Both the position numbers and the translations under genes were made by a program. DNA of 64,000 bases from Lepidodermella squamata (lineage: Eukaryota; Animalia; Gastrotricha), in assembly GCA_047495785.1 (NCBI GenBank), contig JBLDXI010000024.1:682001-746000 (forward strand). The letters run 5' to 3'. The notes under the pieces were generated by a model, which was not told where the DNA came from, did not search any database, and saw only the letters and a program-made list of their open reading frames with translations. Shown piece by piece: positions 53,226 to 64,000 of the stretch. Numbering within the stretch: position 1 is the stretch's first letter; each line of letters starts with the position of its first letter.

Positions 53226-54126
53226 GGCGTTATATAAGCTACCACGTTATCGTCAGTAGCGGTAAGTTTCTTGATAAAAACTCGGCATCTAAACAGCGTA
53301 GAAATTTCAGCACGCCATTAGAGGTAGTATAGGGGCGAAACTGGGAATGAATCATTCTCAGGGTTAGTATATATATATATTGCATACACGCTGTACGTAT
53401 TTGTTTAGTCACACTCACGGCAGGGTGAATCACCATGCACCAAAAGCAGAAAAACAATATCCACCTTTTTTCTTATTTTATTTTTCGCGGTATTTTCCTT
53501 CATTGCTTCATTAGCAACTTGTTTATCGAATTAGTCTGTATCATAGCATTTCAAATAGTGTCTTATTAGTATTACTATCGTTATATTGTACAGCAGGGTC
53601 AACGTTTTTCGAGCCGATAATAACAATAATAATAATAAGCGAATCAAAACTGAGAAATAATAAACCTTCTCATATTTTTACGCAAAAATAAGCCAGCAAT
53701 TATTTTACAAACCACGAAAGAACAAGAAACCAGCGGCCGCAACGATCGACCATGCACACAGCCCGGTCGTAAATTACAATGCGGAAGTTGCTATAATAAG
53801 GATTTATAATAACACAATTTTGCTGTCAACTACATCGATATCACTCGGAATAATTGCTGCCGAGATTATGGACATGTATATAGTAGCATTTCAAAGAAGA
53901 ACGTATAGAAATGAAGAGCAGCGCGACGACAAGATATTGGGAAAAATCAAATTCCGACTTTTTCACTTGTTTGAAACAACAATCATTTTTTTTATCGAAA
54001 GAAATTGAAAGCATCGTTTATATGCCTGTTGTATTTATACGCTTAAATCAAGCAGATTGTGCGTTTGCGGCGAAAGTAAATCAAATGATATGAAGGGTAA
54101 TAGAGCTTGCGATTCGAAAATCATTT

Positions 54127-57100
54127 TCAACTCGTATCCATTCCGGTGTCTTCCGAGGGTGCGGAGAGTGATGAGGGCTGAGAGCCCGGTTGTTTTGTAA
54201 CAACACCGCCAATCGAGTTCTGAACTTGAGCATCAGGGACATCCAGCGTTTTACGCTTGTAGACCAGCAGGTATCCGGCTTTACTCTGAAAAAATAAGTA
54301 ATTATAAGCCCAGCCACCCAAAATTTCTCATCAAACTTACGACAACTTGGTCTTCGCTCATCGGGCTAACGCTTGAGTCGTCAAAAGTGTACCACCGCCG
54401 AGTGGTTTTGTTGAAGGCATAAGCCGTGTAGTGACCACCGCCGATACCGCCATAGTGATTCGACACACCGATCAGGCTATAAACGGCATTCGCTTTTTCT
54501 TTCGGGTTCAGCACAAAATCAGCCATGTTTAGCCTGCAAACATTGAAATATGATCAAACCAAATGATTTAATGGATTACACCATAACATGGCGTAACTTT
54601 GAAAAAATGTTTGTCTACGATTCGAAATCAGCATTTAATTAGATATTTTGGACCGACGTGAAAGAGATGATTAATCGGCAAATTTTAAGCAATTTTTCGA
54701 AATTAAATTTGGCGATAATTAGCGTGTATTTTTGAATGCTCATTTCCTTATAAAACTGCCTTGCGATTTCTCAGACTTGCAATATTGCCATTGGATTCAA
54801 AAAATAATAGAATTATTTTGAGTTAAAATGACCCGATTTCGAACTTAAACCCAAAGTGGATAGCCTGCTACAACCATTCGACCTAGCATTGCAAAATTCC
54901 ACCCAACAATTATCGCTGATATCGAAAGGGTCCCAAATTGACAAAATTAACCTCCAATCACCTTGAGCTTTACGCCATTCGAAGCTTTTAAGGCAACATG
55001 TGATTTTTATGCTCGGGGTTACAAAGCTAATAGCCAATGAAGCCGAAAGTGCTCAAAGTTCGAAGTTATGATAATAATGAAATATCCACCTTAACAAAAT
55101 AAATGCATAAATGAGCTTACTGGGCCGGGTAGTGAACCATAGTGTCCATTTTCTCGACGCGCCAGCGTTGTTGCTGGAACCGTTTTAGATGGATGATGAG
55201 GTAAGGCGGTAGGCGCCAGAGATCGAATTTCTTGAAAGCCTGTTGGTGCTTCTTACACGACGGGCAATACCAAGTATCCTGCGCCGACAATTGCTCCTCG
55301 GCAGTGAATGAGTTCAAACAATCAGCCAACTGCAACCCACTGCTGCCCGTCAACGAAGCCGCAGCCCCAGATACCGCCTGCAAACTGTGCTGGTCGATAG
55401 ACTCCATCGCCGCTGTGCTGAATCGGCGTTCGAAAGCAACAGTCCGCCACGTCATTACCAGGTAATGAGTCGTGCCAAGGCGCAGTTTGTCGAGGATCGA
55501 CACGTTATCAGCACAGTCGAGCTCTTCCAAAACCATAGTTCCAGCCGAGTTGACCAACTTCATGCGGAAATCCGGCTCATGCTCATCGTCACCACTATCA
55601 TCATCTGGGCTCTCAGGCTCAGTACGTTCGAAAGGCCGCAGCCAGTCCCAAACTGCTTGATGCAGGGCGAAGGGAGTCGTATGCGCCCGTGAGACTTGAA
55701 CAAGAAACGGGAACGCGCGAAGATTGTCACCCGCCTTAATGTAAACAACGATAGGCACATCGTCCTGAGACGGGTCCGGATTGACACAGTCCGGGATCTG
55801 GAACGCCATCGCTTCTTCACGCTCGTCAAATCGAGGCTGGTCACCGTCCCGGTAGAACATAGTCACCCCTCGAGACATCGATAGACCGGAAATAGCGATT
55901 TTCTCAGCTGGAATACTGGTCGCTTTCGCAACCGCCTGGCGGACGTCACTCGCTGTGTACATCCGATTGACAACTATCGAAAACTTGCACACCTTCGTCT
56001 TCGGATCAGCGAAGCGGAAATACACGGAAAGCGGGCGGGTATCACGGCGCGGGATCGGCAGGCTCAAGTAGCAGAACGGGTCGAAAATGGATACAACTTT
56101 CCCGCACTCATTACAGCGCAGAGTTGATTTAAGCTGGCCGTGGAATAAATCAACGATTTTCGAGTCATTGCGTTTCCGATAGTAATCCCAGTACTCCTTC
56201 GCCCGCATTTCATCCGCCATTTTTTCGTCGTCTTTCACTTCATAGTACGGCTTTTTCTTGACTCGGTTCAAATCTTCGTGAAGACCGTCGAGTAAGAACG
56301 ACAGTAATTCAGACGAGTCTTGCTGAGCGTAGCCGTGAAATCGAGGGGCGTAATCGCCGACTGTAGATTTGAAATCCCGAGGCGCGACCGAGCCGAATTT
56401 TTCCGACCACATCGCCTTGATTAAGGCGGCATATCTCTCCGCCAGTTCGCCCTTCATTCCGAGGGGATTTTCTTTATTGATTTGCGTCTTGTATTCGTCG
56501 GAAACGAAAAACTCAGTCAAATCCGGGACATTCGACAGGCACTGAAGGGCGCTATTCATAAAACAAGTGTTGCCTAAATTTTGAAGACCACATAGCCCCT
56601 TAGTACCGGCAGTTCGCCCGGCAACTCCGTCGACTTCATCGCGAGAACCGCTAAATAAACCGCCCCAGGTCCAGCTTCGAGTATTGTAAGGTGGCTGAGT
56701 TTGGCCAGAAGTCGAGGAAACTGTTCCGAATCGCTGGCCACCTGATGATGAAGCGCTTTCCGGAGCTTTAATGTCGGCTCCCAAGGCTTCAGCGGCCTGT
56801 TTTAGGAATTCCTGGTTCGATGACATCCAAGCCTCTCCGGGCTTTCGAGTTTCCAGAATGAAAAGACTGTCGTCGGTTACGTTAAGCTGTTCGAGAGTTG
56901 AAGTGCCTTTACTGCTGAGTAGGTCGACTACGTTAAGGCTTTTCAATTTCAGCCATAATTGAGCTTCTTGGTCAGCAGAAACAGTGAATCGAGTTTTCAA
57001 AACCGTAACCAAGTCATCTGCAAAATCAAATAGGCACTTTGACAGAAAAATGCAAGGTTTAAGCCAACTTACCAACTGTGAGAGAACGGCTGATTGTTTC

Positions 57101-57589
57101 TTGCTGTAGATTTTTTATTTCTTTGTGCTGGCAAATGTTGACTACAAGTGGATACAGCTCAATAACCGCGACTTTCGTGTAGAGACCAGTCACGATAACA
57201 GTTCGACGTAGGGCTGTTTTGCTATCAACAACTCCGTAGTATGACTCGAGAATTTTCCAACAATCCTCAGGAACAGCGGTGTAGTCGCCCAGTTCATCAA
57301 GATTTCGCTTCAAACGGCCATTTGAGTCAAGAATAGATGAATTGTCGATTTTGCCCGGATGCTGCGATGAGTCACCGGCTTGAATGCCTCGAGCCTGGCC
57401 GACATATCGTTTCCACTGTTCGAACCAGGGCATGGCAATCAGGTACCAAACATCATCTTTGACGAGTTCGCGGCTCAAACCAGCCATCACAGTTTTCTGC
57501 TGGTTTTGCAGGGTATCTAGCAGGGTAAGCGAGGAATCAGCCGGTGACGTGGCATGGTTGGCCGTTTCCGCAGAAACTGATCCCGACAT
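54127..57589 (-). CDS. Ubiquitin-specific protease USP15/USP4-like, paralog D (most conserved copy)
   Basis: [87 protein letters not shown] and [10 protein letters not shown]. Confidence 0.95.
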
Positions 57590-58207
57590 CTTTCAAACAA
57601 CAATTAGTGTAACAAACGCTAGAAAAATAATGAAAGCACTCCATTAAGAGATTTGACTTGCTTTTTTAGCAAATTTTCGATTGATTGACAACAGGAATAA
57701 TGCACATTATAGAGCAGCTGCATCAGCCAAAAAAAAGTAAGTGTTAATTTAAATAATATAAGTAAACTTTGCGTCAAAAGTGCAGACATTGGTAATTTAT
57801 CGCCAAATAATAATAATAATCGAACGAAGGAAACAAGACAACATCAGCTGTGACGATGACCTCGGATTAATGGGAAGTAGACACAATCATCATTTTATTA
57901 AAATTGCAGCGCTTGTTGAGCGGTTTGATAAATTAACATAGTTTCCAAAATGATTAGAAAACGCTGCCTTAAGCTATTTATAACTTGTTGTAGACATTTC
58001 CAAGTGCACATTAGTCAGCAGGAACAAGCGAAAATTCGGAATATAGCAGACACCGAGCCTTATAAACATACAATCTCACAATAATAACTCCCACGCTCTA
58101 GTTACACCAAGTCCCTACTTTTGCGCAAAATTCCATTGATGAGAGCAGTGTGTATGCGTGTAATAAATAAAATATTGCCTCTTCCAGAGTTAAAAGTCTC
58201 GCTTTAT

Positions 58208-60029
58208 CTATTGTTGTATTTGAGTTAAGGCTTTAAGATGGGATTGTGCCTCGGCAAACTGTGCTCGCCGGCAAAACGCAACCGCCAACACTTCGTCGAT
58301 TTCTTTCTCGGTCCACTTGGAGGTCGGAAGGTTCTGAAGGGTAATCATTAAATTCTGGAAATCTTTTTGCTCTTTCAGCGTTTGGGAGAATTTGCACAGG
58401 AATGCAGCGCAGACGTATAAATGGAAGTCGGCAAAATTATCCGATTCAGCCTATAACGAATAAAATTAACAAAATGCCAACATAAATGAATGTGGACAAA
58501 CCAAATAAGTGTCCCATAACCGAATACAACAATGAAGTGGGAGTTCTCTCGATAACAAATTATTCATCCAACGAAACGCAAATTGAAAATACTCGACGCC
58601 GTTGATTGAAAGATGATCATGCAGTGGTTTGTCGATTCGTTCGACTAGTTGCTGAAGCTTGTCCAGCTTTTTACGAATACCTTCATGGTTTGGCGTATAA
58701 TGATCTTGAATAGCGTCGAGTAGGCGAGAGACGCAAAAGAAAGAATCCGCCTCTAATGCGTCAAGAGAAGTGGGATCAAGGGAAGCCACTTCGAATTGCT
58801 CGATTGGCTGGCCAAATTGAACATGTTGAGTGAGAAAGACTACGAAAAATGGCGTCACCAAATCGTTCATGCCTTGGACATAGCCCGAAGCAGGGTGTCG
58901 ATGAGCCCAAATGAACAGAATTCTCTCGAAAATGTCCTGCACAACTCGTTGCTGAAAGAACTTCAAAACTGGACACATCCGCGGAATATCCATCTTGATC
59001 TGTTTATATATTTCTTTATGCCCATCAAAGTTTCGGGCTTCGAAATGCTTCTTCAGCACGGTGTGATATTCGTTGCGCTTCTGATCCAATACTGCTTGCC
59101 GCCTGTCGGAAGCGAGAGGAACGTAATCGGTGATATGACGCCAAACAATCGGCCGAAGATGGGGTGGAACGCCCGTCCATGCTAAATTGCGCAAATCCAT
59201 AATCGAGGCGTCCTTTTTGGACAAGACATTCTGCAAAAATAGAGTGAAAATAACATAAGCGAATAGCCAGAGTACTAACATCGAATTGTTCGATCTTTTG
59301 CCGAAGTTTGCTGGGTAAATTATCCAGTAAAGGTAAGCAGTATGCGTTGTTACCGTGGTTCGCTCGAAATTCTCTCGCACTGGGTTGAGCATCATGAACG
59401 TCTAAACTTTTACTGTTGCCTAGCGACATCTGAGAAAGCGATGACGACATCTCGCTATGAGAATTTCGCTGTGACGATCGCGCCTCGGGAGGAGATGACA
59501 CGTCTTTCACTTTGTCTTGGTGATCCTCGATAACCTTATTAAATAAAACAATCAGAGCTTGGAAAGGCTCCCTCAATTTCAAAAAACCTTTAAAGCGCAA
59601 GCTTTCACATCACGGACTGAAATCTTTACCGAATTAGCAAGAATAATTTCATCCTCCGTGGGACTCCAAGCATCGAACGTGCCCTGCTCGAACGATGCAA
59701 AGGCGGAATTCTTTGAGCTCTTTGATACGGGAGACGTTCTTTCCGGTCGTCTGGAAAAGCGGCCATAGTTCAGTGTCAAAATAACAAAAGAAAAAACAAT
59801 TACCCGCCATCAGAGCTCTTTCCTTGAGGAGCCGCTTGATTTCCTGACGAAATCAATGCCGAGTCAAACGGCTTATGTTGGGCGCCATAAACAGGTTTAA
59901 CTCTAATGAGATCAACATACATATTCGACACAACATGTTAACGCTAATTACTCACGTTCCTGGGTAGAAATTCATCGTATTACTCCAGTATGTCGGCTTC
60001 TTTTGACTATTTTCATTCAGCTCTCCCAT
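58208..60029 (-). CDS. TBC1D22: TBC1 domain family member 22 (Rab GAP, Gyp1-like), 5 exons
   Basis: N-terminal 'YW...PGTVKPVYGAQHKPFD'; 'LRNLAWTGVP', 'IKMDIPRM' (arginine finger), 'HPASGYVQGMNDLVTPF' (glutamine finger), 'FAFRWMNNLL' and 'RLWDTYL'. Confidence 0.94.
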
Positions 60030-60709
60030 AAACAAGTAAGTATCTAAATCCACCAGGGATAAATTGTAAGCATGCTTCAACTTATGACAGCATAAGATGA
60101 CTTTTAGAGCAGCGAAACCCGGTTTTCTGCTAAGATTAATAAGCGGAAACAGGTTTTTAATCTTAACAAAATGTTGCAGTTCATGCCATCTACCCAAGTT
60201 AATTACGGTGGTATTACAGTTTTGCGTTCCTCGATAAATGCAAGAGTCAGACGTATGAATAGCTGAAGGAAAAAAGGCCAATAAAATTTCCTTTAAAGAC
60301 GGGATCTTCAAACGGCAAGTGCTGCAAATGGTAACATTTTCTGCTAGTAAATGACGAAGAATGATTCTTTACACTGTCAATCATCCACATTTTGGGCCCA
60401 ACTTAGTGGAAGGCCTTCTGGTGAAGTTTCACATGTCTTTTTGTACTCGCTGCTAACTGCTAACGGGCAGTAAATGCTCGATCGCAACCACCATAGGGAA
60501 AAAGGTGACGTGTCGCGGGACACAACCGCGGTCAGCTCACCGATGAAAGCGGGTTCCAAGATTCGACACCGCGGGCATCTGCTACGATCGAAAAATAAAT
60601 CAACTGTGGCGCCTTTTCTGTGAAGGTGTAACTATATTTATAGCTAACAGCAAATATAGTAATCATTAAAAATAGGTTTATGAGTACTTAATATTATTTG
60701 ATGCTATTA

Positions 60710-61345
60710 TGTAGCCGCATGCAGTTTTGTTTCTCCCGCTCGAGCAGCGCCGAGAGGTTCTTGAGTCTCGAGCTTTTTGGTCCCATCGGGCATCATTCGC
60801 CCCTCAGTATGTGAGCTATCTCTTTGTCCCTGAGAGGACGACCCGCGGTAGCTGTGAAAACTGTGATTTGGGATTTGTCGTGTGATTTGTGTTGCAGTCC
60901 CGCCCAAGCTGCAACACTGCATCAGCGAAAATCCCACGAGACGGCCCTCTCTCTGTGTGTCAAGTTCCTGTCAAGTCTCGAAGATTGATCGCCCACCGCG
61001 TACATCGACCCCCCGATCGTTGCAGCAAAAGCGCAAGATGATTGTTGCTGGCCTGGACGTTAAGGCCGTCTACAATTCAGAGTGGCTTCTATCTGCGCGG
61101 CCAGAAGGCTCCGTGCCACGTACCTGTCCCTCGTGTGCTTTGTTGCCACCTTCGGCTTAGTCGCGTTTGGCACTGCCGCCAAGACACGCAGCTTCACAAC
61201 CTGAGTCTGATACTACTCATTGTTTGATAAATTCCCGGTTGCCGCCTCGCCTCTGTCTCCCGTCTCGTCTCTGTCAGTCTTGAAGCAAACTTCGCTCCCA
61301 GATTTATTTAATGTTAGGTAATGTTAGGTCATTTTCATCTGACAT
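60710..61345 (+). mobile_element. Possible degenerate Penelope-like retroelement remnant; boundaries approximate
   Basis: GC-richer island between AT-rich flanks. The peptide 'MIVAGLDVKAVYNS' (61038-61079) resembles Penelope-type RT motif A (DVxxLYxS). No other RT motifs were found. Confidence 0.25.
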
Positions 61346-61546
61346 GTGGTTTCCGAATGAAAAATAATTCAGATGAAAAAGTCTTATTCTGCTTTCTGCT
61401 CTGCTTTTGGAAATTGCTTTCAGGCTCAGATCTGCGAGGGCAGACGCCGGGTGAGATGAAACAGTAAAAGGCATATATCAGCGATATCTCTTTCAATCTC
61501 TTTTAATGAGACAATCGAGAACATATCTTCTTTAACAGGAAAGCTA

Positions 61547-62099
61547 TCAAAACATCGTAAAAACAAATATTATTGACAGAATTCGACCGATCACGCTGCT
61601 GATTGAAAGTGGGGTCGTGAAAGATACCGAATCATTGCACTGATTGCTGCAGCAATAGCAGTCAACATATGCACTCTCTGGCAGGCCTGCAACGGATTGA
61701 CGCGATGAACAGCCGGAGCTGCAGTAATCGCAAGTTGTGTTGCAGCTAGAACCGTAAACACACGATCGAACTATCGTAAGATCACCAGAGACCCAGTAAT
61801 ACACCCGTTTCTGTAATTTAAAATTTTCAAGTAAAATTAAAAAAATATTGAAGTTGGCCAATATTGTTAACCAAGCAAGCGACGCAGTTTGTTTGCACTG
61901 AGGCTGCGACGCTCGTGCTGTAAAGGGAATAACAAGAGTAAGGCCCAGGGCTCGCACGCTTCACTATATGATGAAGCCACGGATCAGGCGCTGGCGGAGG
62001 AACATCTTGGACCGCTTGAGTTTTCGCAAACATAATCCAAGAGCAAGTGCTGATTAAAATTAATCCATTGAGATTCGTTGTCTTGCTGACATGAAGCAT
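61547..62099 (-). CDS. Ly6/uPAR (three-finger)-like GPI-anchored protein 1, 2 exons
   Basis: Signal-like N-terminus, KR dibasic site, a Cys-rich domain ending in CYCCSNQCN and a hydrophobic GPI signal; one intron at CVACL|KRVYY. Confidence 0.82.
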
Positions 62100-62637
62100 T
62101 GCTTTGCTGTTAGCGTCGGCTCTCGACAGTGCCCGTCTCGCAACAGTGAACACTGAACTAGAAGATTTTCATCAAAACGTGTCGCTGTAGGTGTTCGTCA
62201 AGTCGCGCGGCTGAGAATCGTATAGATGTCAGATAAGCAGAAAAACACCATCGTATGCAATTATTAGTTAGCGAATTACTTTATTACTGCCAGGAAAGTT
62301 CACTAACCCTTGCGGCAATTTGCTATTAAAACAAACAACTCTTATTGTTCACAGCCAAAGGTGACAGGTTACAAAACAGCATTAGCATGTTACTGGCTGT
62401 CTTCATCGCGATTCTCATTATTTGCAGCGTGGAAAATAAAGCCGCTAAATAGACATCCGAAATACGTACGCGTTTTAAACGGAACGCTCCAGATTTATCC
62501 AGCCGATGATATCAGCTGATGCTGCTTTTTGTGTACATACAATTTCACCATCGATTCAACGCATAAATTTCACGCAGCAGCTACTCGAAAAATTGTTGCG
62601 TACAAAATTTTACTTCATCTAAATTTGAAAAAGTCCT

Positions 62638-63337
62638 CTAAAATAATACTATCGATATTAAAAGCATGAGCAATGAGGAAATGAATGAGAATCTCGGGAT
62701 AGAACTGGCGTTGCACTGATTTTTGCAGCAGTAACAGTCTTGGTAACCGCTTTCTGGAAAGCCTGGAACAGCAGTTTTCGATGAGCAGCCATAAGTACAA
62801 TAGTCTACGATGTCACAAATTTTAACCAGAAGCATACTCAAGAAAAAAATAAGTGCATACTTGGACAATTGGTACACGACGCTCCGTAAACACATGCACG
62901 CACGGTCGTTATGTCACCTGTTTAAGAAATGACTAGGATGGAGACAATTGGCATCGGAAAATTGTGAAATGTAAATACCTGAGACCCAATAGTAGACTCT
63001 TTTCTGGAATAGAAATGATCCTGTTAGCAAAATAGTCAGAATTATCCAGCAAACTTACCAAACAAGCGATACAATTTTGCTGAACCTGCGCGGCAGTCGC
63101 TGTTGAGTAGACGGCCCAGCAACTGTATGTCCCAGGTCCATCCGATAAGACTGAAGTCCTGTTTACTAATTCACCATATAAGCAAGGTAACATGCTTATT
63201 TTTCATTAACAAAATTATTTACAAGGCAATATTGACGATGATCGATTCGCTTTCACAACCATGGCGTAGACCGATTGTTCGCTTAGCGCCATCACAAAGA
63301 GCGCAACTGATAGACTCCACCGATGACCTGTCTTCAT
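62638..63337 (-). CDS. Ly6/uPAR (three-finger)-like GPI-anchored protein 2, 5 exons
   Basis: Signal peptide MKTGHRWSLSVALFVMALSEQSVYA. Spliced core SCWAVYST...NCIACL|KRVYYWVS|GDITTVRACVYGASCTNCP|NYCTYGC...DCYCCKNQCN plus a GPI tail; highly similar to gene 1. Confidence 0.82.
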
Positions 63338-64000
63338 TATTATTTCTGAAGTGATGAAAATGACATTCGTGTTTTCCCGGCAGTTGCATCTTTGTTGTTG
63401 ATAATAACTCTTGTTGGGCATGTGAGGTATATATTATATTTAGTTCACGCGACAAATATTTGCAATTTGTCTCTGAGGTCAAAAGCACCGAGCAATTTGT
63501 CAGACTGTGGTCACGTTCAAAGCAACGCAGTCACAAACAAATACTGCAAAACAATTAAAGATGATGGACGCCGTCAATTTAATACCTGGCTTTTTTGTAA
63601 ATGAATGTTGCTAGAAGAAATACCATGTGTTTTCGATTGAAAATTAAGAATAAATTCTCAAATTTTCATCCCATGTTATTTCTGATCTCTACTCATAGCA
63701 GTTTCAAGTCAAAATTGAATAGCTTATGAATAATCGTGAATAAAAGTGAAATGCCAGTTATCATTTATAATACAAATTTCCACGATAAGTGCAGTTGAAT
63801 TTTGACTCTGGACCAATAGGCATAACAAAACCAGTCGCGGAAACTAAATCACAGAATTTAATTCAGCAGAACCTAGATTTCAATTGAATCTGGATCTAAT
63901 AAAATTCTAGTCAAACATAATCCACAATCCAAAACTCAAGGTTTTCTAGTGTTAAATAATTAAAGTATAAAATTGGCCGTTCTTCAAACGACTGCAACGC

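Overview
This window is eukaryotic (animal) nuclear DNA from a very compact, gene-dense genome. Most introns are GT-AG and about 45-62 nt long, and CpG is plentiful by eye. The gene content (NAMPT, CCDC66, Ly6/three-finger proteins, a peptide GPCR) fits a small ciliated invertebrate, possibly a spiralian (inference). About 21 protein-coding genes could be assembled by hand. In order: a class A peptide-type GPCR; an orphan with a possible ParB/Srx-like domain; a five-gene minus-strand run (SLC37-like MFS, divergent MFS, ATP13A1, Nup35, small single-pass protein); a three-gene plus-strand run (TPI, TRIM-NHL, NAMPT) diverging from the same 1.45 kb spacer; AVL9; CCDC66; two tandem GPI-type proteins with seven TSP1 repeats each; a four-member USP4/11/15 array; TBC1D22; and two atypical 12-Cys Ly6/uPAR-like genes. 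The most notable observations are a Nup35 with an added C-terminal transmembrane tail anchor, an intact DUSP-UBL-only USP paralog with no catalytic domain, operon-like packing with splice acceptors just upstream of start codons, and extensive intron turnover between adjacent paralogs. No tRNA, rRNA, snRNA or CRISPR array was recognised. All assignments come from motif recognition only; no database search was run.
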